From IMG/VR virus record IMGVR_UViG_2541047825_000011, positions 1 to 39,394 of that record: a stretch of 39,394 nt of DNA. One strand, written 5' to 3'. Below are positions 19,209-27,923 of the stretch, piece by piece (positions within the stretch are counted from its first letter, which is position 1; each line of letters starts with the position of its first letter). The notes under the pieces are model-generated. The model was not told the origin of the DNA. It did not search any database and saw nothing but the letters and a program-made list of their open reading frames with translations. The translations under genes were made by a program, and so were the position numbers. The stretch is from a virus (lineage: Duplodnaviria > Heunggongvirae > Uroviricota > Caudoviricetes).

Positions 19209-19813
19209 CAGGACAACCTCGCAATGGTAAACTCGTCAACCGGTGGCTGTGGTTCCTGTGATTCATTCTGGCTATGCGAACCAGCACTAAGAATCACGCG
19301 ATTGTACATATTGAGGGAAAACGTACCGAGGTCTGCATTCCCAGTCAGCGCCATGTTAATAGCTGCCGCAAGACGCCAGGCCAGCGCCTCCATAAAAATG
19401 GCATCAAACATGTTCACATCTGTAACACGAGAGACATACTTGAGCCATGCCTGCGGCTGGTCTGTGTAGATCAACTTTCCTGTTCCGTTGGCGTCTGCAC
19501 CAACTTCGTACTGAACACGCATTGCTGCTGTTGGATTGCGTACACCAGGAAGCATAATTTCAGTAATGCGCAGACAATCGGACGGGTACTGGTATGCGTA
19601 TTCCCAGTCTGGCGGCGGATTGTTCGTATCTGCAAGCGCCACGCGTTTGGTAGCAAAGTTCCAGTCAAAATCAGAAAGCACAGCATCACGGCAGGCCTCA
19701 AAGTGCAGCGAACATTCCCCCGCTTCCTTACTGGCTTCCGTCAGGCTGTTAATGCTGCGGCTGTTGCCAATATTGGACAGCGCACGATTACAGATCTCTA
19801 CTACAGAGGCCAT
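19208..19813 (-). CDS. Tail tubular protein A-like (adaptor)
   Basis: 201 aa, T7 gp11-like size; N-terminal EICNRALSNIGNSRSINSL pattern. Confidence 0.6.
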   Translation of the reverse strand: MASVVEICNRALSNIGNSRSINSLTEASKEAGECSLHFEACRDAVLSDFDWNFATKRVALADTNNPPPDWEYAYQYPSDCLRITEIMLPGVRNPTAAMRVQYEVGADANGTGKLIYTDQPQAWLKYVSRVTDVNMFDAIFMEALAWRLAAAINMALTGNADLGTFSLNMYNRVILSAGSHSQNESQEPQPPVDEFTIARLS

Positions 19814-20142
19814 TACTCACCCCCATTGCCGTACAGAGTTTCAGCCGCTGATTTTTCTACATCCCCGGAAACAGGAGCGATCGCCATATCAGTGATCTGC
19901 AGATCGACGCTGCGATTAACACCATCGTCAGTTTCTCTGGCAGACAGGCCTCGAATAACAGCCTTTGCAGTTATCATCACTTCTGTTCCGACGCCCTGAG
20001 GTTGCGCCTTCAGCTTATTCAATGTGTCGTTATTAAGAGTGATGCACAGCCCCCACGGGTATTCATCGCGAGTTCTGGTTTCTCCGCTCTCATCCTGGTA
20101 GCTGTCAGTGCCGGTTTTGAGGTTTACGAGTTCCATATACAC
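19813..20142 (-). CDS. Hypothetical virion protein
   Basis: 109 aa; translationally coupled within the structural operon. Confidence 0.5.
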   Translation of the reverse strand: MYMELVNLKTGTDSYQDESGETRTRDEYPWGLCITLNNDTLNKLKAQPQGVGTEVMITAKAVIRGLSARETDDGVNRSVDLQITDMAIAPVSGDVEKSAAETLYGNGGE

Positions 20143-20186
20143 TCCTGCAATAAAGGGGCCGAAGCCCCTTGTCTGATTCGCGAGGC

Positions 20187-20522
20187 TTACACGCCCAGTT
20201 CTTTACGCTTATCTGCGATCTTCTCGCGGAGCGTTTCGGCTTTGGCGTTATGGTGTGGCTTCTCGTTAAAGAGCAATTCGTACTCTTCACGGAGCTTATC
20301 CAGTTCACCATCATCTGACACATCGTTGATGATTTTGGTGCTGGTTGCTGCCATAGACACCTTTCCTGCTACCTTTGCTTTTGCCTGTCTGGCTGCATCG
20401 TTAACAGGTTCCAGTGCGCTACCAGGCTCACCTTCGTATTCGATTTCTGCCCCCTCCGGCCACAGTGTGTTATGGATATGAGAGAGGCGCAGAACGCGGT
20501 ATCTTGGTTTCTCACCTGACAT
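20187..20522 (-). CDS. Hypothetical virion protein
   Basis: Track ORF trimmed to the ATG at 20522 with AAGGTGA upstream; acidic helical protein. Confidence 0.5.
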   Translation of the reverse strand: MSGEKPRYRVLRLSHIHNTLWPEGAEIEYEGEPGSALEPVNDAARQAKAKVAGKVSMAATSTKIINDVSDDGELDKLREEYELLFNEKPHHNAKAETLREKIADKRKELGV

Positions 20523-20532
20523 CGAAATCACC

Positions 20533-20970
20533 TTAACCAGTTACTTTTGAGCGGATCGGGTACGGCGTATTGGCATCAACATCAAGATTGATACCAGCAG
20601 TGAATTCGCCAGCCGTTAGTGGGCCAGTTGCGACGGAGTAGTTAACACGCAGATATCGCTGAACACCGGCAGGAACCTTTGCAGAAACAACTCGTTTACC
20701 TGCTGTCAGGGCGGTCTTTGCCAGTGCGCCACTATCATAAATAGTGGTCCATGAGCTGTTATTCTCACTCGTCTGCAACTGGATGTTTACAGTTGCATCA
20801 CCGCTTGCCGCGGCGGCTGTGTTAACCAGCGCCCAAAACTCAAGCGGGTAACCCACGCCGATATCACGACGTTTTCCGTCAATTGGACCGAGATCGATTA
20901 CGTCAGTAGAAGCCGCGGTATTCGTAACCGCCTGAGCTTCGGAGAACATCAACAGTTTGTCGGTGATCAT
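20533..20970 (-). CDS. Hypothetical capsid-associated protein (possible decoration protein)
   Basis: 145 aa, immediately downstream of the capsid gene; beta-rich composition. Confidence 0.5.
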   Translation of the reverse strand: MITDKLLMFSEAQAVTNTAASTDVIDLGPIDGKRRDIGVGYPLEFWALVNTAAAASGDATVNIQLQTSENNSSWTTIYDSGALAKTALTAGKRVVSAKVPAGVQRYLRVNYSVATGPLTAGEFTAGINLDVDANTPYPIRSKVTG

Positions 20971-21021
20971 CTTCTTTCTCCATTAGTGGGCCTGTTGCGG
21001 CCCACAGGTTAATAACAGGCG

Positions 21022-22014
21022 TTACACCACGCGGGCTTCTGTTTCCAGAAGCGCATCAGTTTCACGAATTGGTACACCACGGAATGAAGTCCACCACTCG
21101 CCTTCTGTCTCTTTTACGCTGATCGCCAGAGATGTTTTCTCCAGAGATTGCAGATCAAGAGCCTGGCCTACAGTGCGGTTCATGTAGAACACTGGGCGCC
21201 CCATGCCACGGTTTGGAATGCGATGCAGTGCTTTAACCATCAACTTCGCAATATTTGCGGCAGAGGAAGGTTCTGAAAGATTGCTGACATCGATGTTTGC
21301 AATGCGAACAACATAACGCCAGTCACGCAGAGCAAGTCCGTTGTCCCATTTGTAATGGGTGCGATAGCCTTCGTACTTGCCGCCATTAGCATCTTCCAGT
21401 GTCACCTGGCCTTTATCTTCCATCTGGATGCCAGCCTTCTGCCCTTTCGGGAAGATGCCATGCACGGTGTTTTCGCCCCACACCACTAACCAGATTGAGG
21501 TGTTATCTGTACCCGTGCCACCAGCATCAATGATGTTCTGAGCATTACCCGCAGACAGGCTGGAATAGCGGGAGGACAGTCCCATAAACTGCTGAGGGTT
21601 AACGCTGGAATCACCATAAAACAGCGTCTGCGCCATCTGCTGATTCATCGCTTCAATAAATGCGCGGTCTTCAGACAGGCGGAATTCAGCGGTATTGCCG
21701 TTCAGATCAGCCAGTGACTTATCGACTTCAGCATAGGTTTCCAGCATGCCAACGGAATCGGTTACCTGCACTGTGGTTGATTTGCTTGGCTGTACGCCAT
21801 AGTTCAGCAAACGCCAGGTAGCTGAAGGTAAACCAGAACGAATGGTGGTTCGGTGTCCGGTAGGAAGGTTCCCTTCGACAAAAGGCATATCCTGAAGGAT
21901 CGGGTTAGTTTGACCGAGAAGCTCGATAATCTTATCGACTTTCCCGTTTGGATCGACGCGCTTACCCCAGTCAGCCAGCGTTAGCGCAGTTAAGCCTTTA
22001 ACAGCCATTGTCAT
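21022..22014 (-). CDS. Major capsid protein
   Basis: 330 aa; directly follows the scaffold gene; stem-loop GTGGGCC-tgttgc-GGCCCAC downstream. Confidence 0.8.
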   Translation of the reverse strand: MTMAVKGLTALTLADWGKRVDPNGKVDKIIELLGQTNPILQDMPFVEGNLPTGHRTTIRSGLPSATWRLLNYGVQPSKSTTVQVTDSVGMLETYAEVDKSLADLNGNTAEFRLSEDRAFIEAMNQQMAQTLFYGDSSVNPQQFMGLSSRYSSLSAGNAQNIIDAGGTGTDNTSIWLVVWGENTVHGIFPKGQKAGIQMEDKGQVTLEDANGGKYEGYRTHYKWDNGLALRDWRYVVRIANIDVSNLSEPSSAANIAKLMVKALHRIPNRGMGRPVFYMNRTVGQALDLQSLEKTSLAISVKETEGEWWTSFRGVPIRETDALLETEARVV

Positions 22015-22022
22015 TTCCTCTC

Positions 22023-22724
22023 TTATTTGCCATAGAGCACTTCGGCCGCACTACGCTGGCCTTCATTACCACCGGTGACCATGCCATCTTCAGACATCGC
22101 CTTTCCGATTTTCACGAACGTTTTGACCAGATCAGGGTGATTACCCAGCCCGGTGGTGTTCAGATATTCTTTGAGTTCAGGTGTCCCGAACTGGTCAAGC
22201 GCACGCTGTGCGGCGCTAAGGTTAGAAATCAACTTGTCGCCACCGATTTCTTTGTCAGCTTTTACATCCGCAGCCCACTGCTCGGTTGTTTTCTGCCAGG
22301 CTTCTGCCTGGCGCTGCTGAACACCTGCCAGAATCTTCGGATAAGCATCAACCAGCTTTTGCGCTTGCTCGTTGGTCAGGTTAAGTTCTCGCGCCACCGG
22401 CTCGAATTCCTTCAACGCTTCTGTATCCAGCTCTACGCCTTCGGCAGCCTGAAACTCGTACTTCTCAGGCGCACCCTCTGGTTTATCGCCGTCCTTTTTT
22501 TCATCCTGCTTATCGTTTTCAGGCTTTTTGTCATCAGCAGGTTTATCGCCATCAGCAACAGGTTGTGGCTTATCACCTTCCTGTTGTGATGGATCACCAA
22601 CTGGAGCAGGGTTATCACCTGCAGGCGCTGACGGTTCTGACGCAGCCGGAGCTGCTCCACCATCGACTGGTTGCTCATTGCAAAGACGGCGATACAGCAA
22701 ACGCTCAAATAAATTCATGATCAC
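22023..22724 (-). CDS. Scaffolding protein
   Basis: 233 aa; strongly acidic/Lys-rich low-complexity N-half (DGDKPADDKKPENDKQDEKKDGDKPEG), helical C-half; upstream of the capsid gene. Confidence 0.7.
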   Translation of the reverse strand: MIMNLFERLLYRRLCNEQPVDGGAAPAASEPSAPAGDNPAPVGDPSQQEGDKPQPVADGDKPADDKKPENDKQDEKKDGDKPEGAPEKYEFQAAEGVELDTEALKEFEPVARELNLTNEQAQKLVDAYPKILAGVQQRQAEAWQKTTEQWAADVKADKEIGGDKLISNLSAAQRALDQFGTPELKEYLNTTGLGNHPDLVKTFVKIGKAMSEDGMVTGGNEGQRSAAEVLYGK

Positions 22725-23017
22725 TCCTGTTCACTGGCCTCTTTGGCCATCTTCAAATACTGTTCAGGGCAATGCGCCATAACGCGCTGAAACAGTTCCA
22801 GCGCCAGATTGCGTTGCCCCTCATTAAATGCCATTGCCATAGCATCCATCGGAGAGATAGCGGAAAACACACGGCCTTTCTCCAGCACCGACCAGACAAC
22901 GCGACGCCCCTGTTCACTGCTCATGACAAAGCGAATGTCATCAATTTCACGCTGTGCCATGTCACGTTGCTTACGGGCGTTTTCTTCTTTCAGTTGATCG
23001 TCTTCGTAATCTGTCAT
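22721..23017 (-). CDS. Hypothetical small head-module protein
   Basis: 98 aa; overlaps the portal stop and scaffold start. Confidence 0.5.
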   Translation of the reverse strand: MTDYEDDQLKEENARKQRDMAQREIDDIRFVMSSEQGRRVVWSVLEKGRVFSAISPMDAMAMAFNEGQRNLALELFQRVMAHCPEQYLKMAKEASEQE

Positions 23018-24693
23018 TGTGATTGCCCACCCTGACCACTAACTGCATTCGCCATAGCTGACAAAACACTCGGATCCGAAGTTTTAGCTTCGCTTAGCGT
23101 CTTGGCACCCTGTGCCGCCGCCATCCCCATCGCCATCATTTGTTGCTGCTGTTGTTGCTGTGCCCGTTGCTGGCGAGCCTGCTCAACCTGTTCCTGCGGA
23201 ACAATGACGGTTGGAGACACTCCGGACATATCAGCGAATGCATCGATCGCCTGATCAACGTTGAGTTTGTCGAGAGCTTCTGGTTTCGCTTGCGCAAGTT
23301 GACCAATGAAGTTGACCGTAGACGCCAGACTGGACAGGCCGATAGACTTCTGCGCCTGAGCCATGACGGAAATGTATTCGACCTTCAGGGGCATACCTTC
23401 CATCGCGTCAGGCGGTGGCGGCAGCATGTTTTTACGCACCATCATCGAGAAAGCGCGGTCAATGAGAGGATTAAGACATTCGTCGTTCAGACGCTCCAGA
23501 ACCGGCCCCAACATCAGAAGTTTTTCTTCTTTCATTTCGATCACCGCTTCAACAGGCATCGAGCGGGTATTGATGTTCTGCAACATCATGAACAGATCGA
23601 CAAAGTAGGCGCTGTTAATGATTTGACGAGTGTCCTGAATGTCTGCCACCAAATCTGCTGTACTGGGGTTAACCAGATAAGCAGGTCTGAAACCATCCTG
23701 ACCAGTAATCTGATCGATATACGTGATGTCGCCAGGAAGAAGGGAGGCACGCTGATTCTTGAGGGAAGTCGGAGCAACCATCGGCGGATTGGTGGCTTTA
23801 TCAATCAACTGCGACTTGCGCTTCTGGAGAAGCTGCAATGCCTTAACAGGTCCAAGCGCCAGCATACCCGGGCATGATGATCCATAAACATCTTCGCCGT
23901 TAACTTCCCAGCGCGGAGCCATAATTGGAAACTCATCGAATCCGGACTCACGCAACAACTTGTCGTTATCGCCACCAACCTCGTAATAAACCGATTTGAA
24001 TGGCTTGTTCTTGCTATCCAGCTTCGATGTATCGCGGTCAATGTTCGGGTAAACCGAATGCATCACTTCGATCCACTTCTCGTAGGTGCCGCTTTCCCAC
24101 ATGCTTTTTACGGATTCGCTGACGTTATTTAGCCCGAACTCCTGAACAAGCTGACGAACAGTCATAGAGAACTTGCGAAAACAGGTGTCAACACTGCCAC
24201 GAGGTGAGTTAGCCAGGTAGTAACTGCCTATCGGGAATGGCATTGTGCGAATGATGTCCTCGTCATCCTCCAGCACTGCCATTGCACCAGTGCTGTATGT
24301 GCCGAGGCTTCCGTATAACTGCGGCAGCGACTGATAGAGATTCGACTTATTGAACATATCGTTCATGCGGTTCTGCACCGCCTCAAGCCACAACTTAACA
24401 GGGCCATAATCCATCATTTCAGGATCTGGCGTAGCCAGGCGAAACCACGGACGCGCGGGGCTTGTGATGCCTGACATCATGCCGCTGGCGAGAGTGCGCG
24501 CCGCCATAGTCCCGGTCGAATCAATAATGCGTGTATTGCGTCGATCGTTACGGTTGACCTCAGAAGTCAGAAAGCGGGAACCACGCGGGTTGATGTAATC
24601 ACTCAACTCGCGCCAGTGCGGCTCGAACGACTGACGCTCGCTTTCAAGTTGTGCGAACTGTTTGTTCAATCGCTCTTTAGTTGTTTCCGCCAT
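23014..24693 (-). CDS. Portal protein
   Basis: 559 aa; Gln/Ala-rich C-terminal tail; position between terminase and scaffold. Confidence 0.8.
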   Translation of the reverse strand: MAETTKERLNKQFAQLESERQSFEPHWRELSDYINPRGSRFLTSEVNRNDRRNTRIIDSTGTMAARTLASGMMSGITSPARPWFRLATPDPEMMDYGPVKLWLEAVQNRMNDMFNKSNLYQSLPQLYGSLGTYSTGAMAVLEDDEDIIRTMPFPIGSYYLANSPRGSVDTCFRKFSMTVRQLVQEFGLNNVSESVKSMWESGTYEKWIEVMHSVYPNIDRDTSKLDSKNKPFKSVYYEVGGDNDKLLRESGFDEFPIMAPRWEVNGEDVYGSSCPGMLALGPVKALQLLQKRKSQLIDKATNPPMVAPTSLKNQRASLLPGDITYIDQITGQDGFRPAYLVNPSTADLVADIQDTRQIINSAYFVDLFMMLQNINTRSMPVEAVIEMKEEKLLMLGPVLERLNDECLNPLIDRAFSMMVRKNMLPPPPDAMEGMPLKVEYISVMAQAQKSIGLSSLASTVNFIGQLAQAKPEALDKLNVDQAIDAFADMSGVSPTVIVPQEQVEQARQQRAQQQQQQQMMAMGMAAAQGAKTLSEAKTSDPSVLSAMANAVSGQGGQSQ

Positions 24694-24707
24694 TTCAATG
24701 ACTCCGG

Positions 24708-24914
24708 TTACTGACCAAGTAGCGTTTTACCGCTGGTATTAGCGGTTGATGTGTCGCCCTGAGAACCGGTAAGCAGCGTAGAACTACGACCAGCAGCAGC
24801 GCGACGGCGACGAGTTTCTTCGTCGCGGGCATCAACAACGGCGGCATCCTGCTCCTGTGGTGCTGCCTGAACTTCTGGTGTTGCAGGCACTGATGGTGAG
24901 CTACCCATGCACAT
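24708..24914 (-). CDS. Small acidic protein upstream of portal
   Basis: 68 aa with GGAG upstream; preferred over the overlapping 79-aa ORF 24695..24934. Confidence 0.35.
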   Translation of the reverse strand: MCMGSSPSVPATPEVQAAPQEQDAAVVDARDEETRRRRAAAGRSSTLLTGSQGDTSTANTSGKTLLGQ

Positions 24915-24982
24915 ATCAATGACTCCGTACGCAATTAAATTATTACCAATTTAACCACATATGATTTATTTATCGTAGGCAG

Positions 24983-25020
24983 TTGACATTTAACGCACAA
25001 ATTATTACCTTTCAGGTAAC
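24983..25020 (+). promoter_or_regulatory. Candidate promoter (-35 TTGACA) with overlapping operator-like palindrome ATTACC-TTTCA-GGTAAC
   Basis: TTGACA at 24983..24988; palindrome at 25004..25020 where a -10 would lie; oriented toward the tRNA. Confidence 0.4.
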
Positions 25021-25340
25021 CAAAGAGTTCATTCCGGTTACTAACCTGACTGGCTTGTCGTTAAATTGAACAGGTGGAGTGAGCTTTTATTTTGAGCAGT
25101 ACGGCGTATGGCACATGCGCCGATAGCGGTCTGGATACGTTTAAGGGGCACCCTCCCTTGCTCGGGCAACGAACCAGGTAGCCGGAATGTGCAAGTCGAG
25201 CGGTTTTATTCCGCGCACGGGGATTCACCATCCTGGCGATTCGGTGTGACGCCTCGGAAGAGACGAGGGTACAACGATGAGAGCATTTATGAAGCCGCGA
25301 CAAAGTGTGGCGTCTTAACAGGCTAAGTGCTCTCAGCGTT

Positions 25341-25417
25341 GTGGCATTAGCTCAGTTGGACAGAGCAACCGCCTTCTAAGCGGTTGGTCGCAGGTTCGAA
25401 TCCTGCATGCCACGCCA
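25341..25417 (+). tRNA. tRNA-Arg (anticodon UCU)
   Basis: 77 nt cloverleaf by hand: acceptor GTGGCAT/ATGCCAC, D-arm GCTC..GAGC, anticodon stem ACCGC/GCGGT with loop CTTCTAA, T-arm GCAGG-TTCGAAT-CCTGC, encoded CCA; differs from host argU in acceptor and anticodon stems. Confidence 0.9.
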
Positions 25418-25460
25418 GAATCACGCCTAAGGACCGTGATGCCAGAAGTTCCAGGGGCTT

Positions 25461-25502
25461 GGCGGTGATGGTTTCCCTTGAAGGACTATCACCGCCCTTT
25501 TT
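25461..25502 (+). terminator. Hairpin with T-run downstream of tRNA
   Basis: GGCGGTGAT ... ATCACCGCC 9-bp stem with long loop, then CTTTTT. Confidence 0.45.
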
Positions 25503-25580
25503 ACAGCAGGACGCCATTGCGATGACTTCATGCTGTAAACCCGTACAGCCACGGAAGGCAAAACTCATTGCTTCCAGTTC

Positions 25581-25604
25581 GCCCGGTTCGCCGGGCATTT
25601 TTTT
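25581..25604 (+). terminator. Rho-independent terminator
   Basis: GCCCGG-ttcg-CCGGGC followed by ATTTTTTT. Confidence 0.75.
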
Positions 25605-25647
25605 AAGGTGTGAATCATGAAATACGAATTCGATGGATTTTGATGTC

Positions 25648-25659
25648 GTGACATGTCAC
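25648..25659. repeat. 12-bp perfect palindrome GTGACATGTCAC (copy 2 of 3)
   Basis: About 75 bp beyond the terL stop, at the right edge of the tRNA island. Confidence 0.8.
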
Positions 25660-25663
25660 AAAC

Positions 25664-25690
25664 AGCCAGCCGATGAGCTGGCTTTGTTTT
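25664..25690 (+). terminator. Hairpin plus T-run
   Basis: AGCCAGC-cgatga-GCTGGCT followed by TTGTTTT. Confidence 0.5.
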
Positions 25691-25733
25691 ATCATCATCA
25701 GAGGATATCAACGATATTATCCCCTCAAGCGGA

Positions 25734-27209
25734 TTAAGCATAGGGATCGTAATCTGTGATGGCCTTGCCTTGCTGGTTCTGCTGCCCGGGAATTCGCAGA
25801 CGCTTCGACACAGGGAACGCAAACGTCAGCAGTAGCGCATCGCCTTTACCAGGCGAACGCCCAAGCCGCTCCTTGATATCTTCCTTCGGTTCGATAACGA
25901 TTTTACCGTCCACTCGAACTTTGTACTCTGCCGCCGACAGATCGTCCGCTGTTTCCTGGTCATCCAGCATCCCGCCCAGCCTCAGCCATGTCTTGCATGA
26001 GTTGAACATCTCCCCACGCTTGTTGAGCATCTGCTGGTCAGTAGACGCGCCACCGAACGGAACAAGTTGCCATGTGCGCCCCCAACCGTCACCGATTGAC
26101 TTCAGACCGGTACCGTAACCAAAGTCGATGAACACTGCGTCAGCCTGATACAGGTCTTCAAAGTCAGCAATACGCTTCGCCATAATCAGATCGTCGGTAG
26201 TCTTGTTGCCAGTCCACAGCACCTTACTGTGTAGCCCCTGCCGCAGGTATATCACCGCGTCATCAACGCCTGAATATGCCGGGTCAACACCGATTATCAC
26301 CGGAGCATGCGCCACCTGCGCAGCGGTTACCACCCGTTTCATTGCCTCATCAGTAAGACCGGTAGGGATAAACTGCAATTCAGATGCATCAGGGAATATG
26401 CCGCGCACACGGATTTTAACGAAGTCGCTGTCTTCCCCGTAGTCATCAACCCATTTCTGCAACTGCTGTTTGTTAGTGCCTTCCACCGTCCGGCTGTCAA
26501 TCTGCGCAGTTTTCCAGCGGTGTTTATATTTGCGGAAACATTCACGGAATCGCCCGGTATTACGCGTCGGGTTTCCGAACGCCACCCAGATAATCTCAGT
26601 GTCTTCGTCCGTTAGCGCACCTTCGGCAACTTCCCACACCAGATCCGCAATGTTCGACGCTTCATCGAATACCACGATGATGCGTTTGCGCTCGTTGTGT
26701 AGTCCGGCGAATGCCTCAGTGTTGTGCTCAGACCAGGGGATTGCGTCAGCTCGCCACCGCTTGTCGTGCCCAGGATCATTGCTGTACATCGCGGTAGCGG
26801 TACAGGTAAACCAGTCTTTCGTGATAGCAAGGTTCGACCACTTGATAATTTCCGGCCAGGTCTTCGTTCGTAGCTGGTTGTCGGTGTTGGCGGTCACCAC
26901 GACCTTACAATCCTCGCAAGTGGACATGCCCCAGTTGATCAGCATTGAGATGAATGCGGATTTACCAATACCGTGACCAGAAGCGCGTGCCAGCATAAGC
27001 GGCTGATAGCGCGTCTCTGGATTCTGCAGGTAATCACGTATCTCTCGGAACGCATCAGCCTGCCACTGACGTGGGCCGGTGGCATGTGCCAGTTCAGTCC
27101 CCTCTTCCCCCCACGGGAACGCATAGAGGGCATAGCCAAGCGGATCGTGAGTGAACCCTGCAATATCCTCGATCAACTGCTCTTCAGGAGATAACGCTGT
27201 ATCTGTCAC
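25734..27209 (-). CDS. Terminase large subunit
   Basis: 491 aa; P-loop-like SGHGIGKS, Walker B-like IIVVFDEASN, C-terminal nuclease-like region; overlaps terS stop. Confidence 0.9.
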   Translation of the reverse strand: MTDTALSPEEQLIEDIAGFTHDPLGYALYAFPWGEEGTELAHATGPRQWQADAFREIRDYLQNPETRYQPLMLARASGHGIGKSAFISMLINWGMSTCEDCKVVVTANTDNQLRTKTWPEIIKWSNLAITKDWFTCTATAMYSNDPGHDKRWRADAIPWSEHNTEAFAGLHNERKRIIVVFDEASNIADLVWEVAEGALTDEDTEIIWVAFGNPTRNTGRFRECFRKYKHRWKTAQIDSRTVEGTNKQQLQKWVDDYGEDSDFVKIRVRGIFPDASELQFIPTGLTDEAMKRVVTAAQVAHAPVIIGVDPAYSGVDDAVIYLRQGLHSKVLWTGNKTTDDLIMAKRIADFEDLYQADAVFIDFGYGTGLKSIGDGWGRTWQLVPFGGASTDQQMLNKRGEMFNSCKTWLRLGGMLDDQETADDLSAAEYKVRVDGKIVIEPKEDIKERLGRSPGKGDALLLTFAFPVSKRLRIPGQQNQQGKAITDYDPYA

Positions 27210-27802
27210 TGATTACCATCCTGACGTTCTTTGAGTCGCTTCCTGGCTGCCGCTATGCGATCAGCAATTGTCACATTCACATTAACATCCAGGCGTTCTT
27301 TGAACGCGTTGACGTCGACGTGCTTACCAATCAGTTCGAGGTTCTTCACCTTGTCAGGCCATTTAATTTTTTTGAGGATTGTCTCTATCGAATCCTCGTT
27401 CATGTTCATGATGGTCGATGACAGATCAAAGCCACTAAGCGTAGTGCGCCAGATTTTCGGCCACTCGCGGATTGGCTTAAGGCTCCCATCGTCGTTGAGG
27501 ATGTCGATCACGTCCATCTGGTCGATCTCCACTAGGCGCATGAGAACGTAATCAGCACTGACGCGCATTCGTTTGTTGCGCTCCTCCATCAACTCGGCAA
27601 TCCGTTTTTGAATGCGTTCATCGCGCATCATGACACTGGCTTTAACTGCCGCTGTATTTGGGGAGAATCCTGCGTTAATCGCTGCCTGAGTCTGGTTTTC
27701 AGGCGTTTTGATGTATGACTGGCAATAAGCCTCCTGCATTGCTGTTAGTGGCTTAAATTGCGTTGATTTGCGTTTATAGGTTTTAGGTTCAGCAGGCATC
27801 AT
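27206..27802 (-). CDS. Terminase small subunit
   Basis: Track ORF 27206..27898 trimmed to the ATG pair at 27802/27799 because a hairpin with T-run and direct repeats occupy 27803..27898. Confidence 0.6.
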   Translation of the reverse strand: MMPAEPKTYKRKSTQFKPLTAMQEAYCQSYIKTPENQTQAAINAGFSPNTAAVKASVMMRDERIQKRIAELMEERNKRMRVSADYVLMRLVEIDQMDVIDILNDDGSLKPIREWPKIWRTTLSGFDLSSTIMNMNEDSIETILKKIKWPDKVKNLELIGKHVDVNAFKERLDVNVNVTIADRIAAARKRLKERQDGNQ

Positions 27803-27809
27803 AACCACC

Positions 27810-27838
27810 GTGGTAATAGTTACCGTTGTGGTAATAGT
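27810..27838. repeat. Two 11-bp direct repeats GTGGTAATAGT just upstream of terS
   Basis: Copies at 27810..27820 and 27828..27838; each carries a TTACC half-site on the coding strand. Confidence 0.55.
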
Positions 27839-27844
27839 ACCATG

Positions 27845-27871
27845 CAAAATAAAGCCGCCATAGTTGGCGGC
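27845..27871 (-). terminator. Terminator-like hairpin in the terS leader
   Basis: GCCGCCA-tagt-TGGCGGC; T-rich run follows on the minus strand. Confidence 0.45.
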
Positions 27872-27911
27872 AGTATTCAAAACCATCAAATTCATCATGC
27901 ATAATCTACTC

Positions 27912-27923
27912 GTGACATGTCAC
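27912..27923. repeat. 12-bp perfect palindrome GTGACATGTCAC (copy 3 of 3)
   Basis: Overlaps the stop codon of gene 27920..28261, upstream of terS. Confidence 0.8.

Noticed and set aside
18765-23877. Several long + strand ORFs (234-245 aa) inside the virion operon
   Set aside because: All are antisense to contiguous, coupled structural genes and have Arg/Cys/His-rich noise-like translations.
24695-24934. 79-aa minus-strand ORF upstream of portal
   Set aside because: It overlaps the 68-aa ORF 24708..24914 in another frame and its translation looks random; only the RBS-supported one was kept, at low confidence.
25461-25502. Possible second tRNA directly after tRNA-Arg
   Set aside because: Only a single long hairpin with a T-run is present; no D-arm, anticodon arm or T-arm can be drawn, so it is read as a terminator.
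25061-25620. Four 72-85 aa ORFs on both strands within the tRNA island
   Set aside because: They overlap the tRNA and the terminators, lack RBSs and have Arg/Ser/Pro-rich noise-like translations.
27803-27898. terS starting at the upstream ATG pair (27898)
   Set aside because: The extra 32 residues are hydrophobic low-complexity and the segment contains a hairpin with T-run and direct repeats; the downstream ATG pair at 27802 was preferred, with reduced confidence.
27912-27923. The 12-bp palindrome as the cos site of the terminase
   Set aside because: The position upstream of terS is suggestive, but three identical copies exist and cohesive ends are not normally perfect palindromes; kept as a repeat of unknown function.
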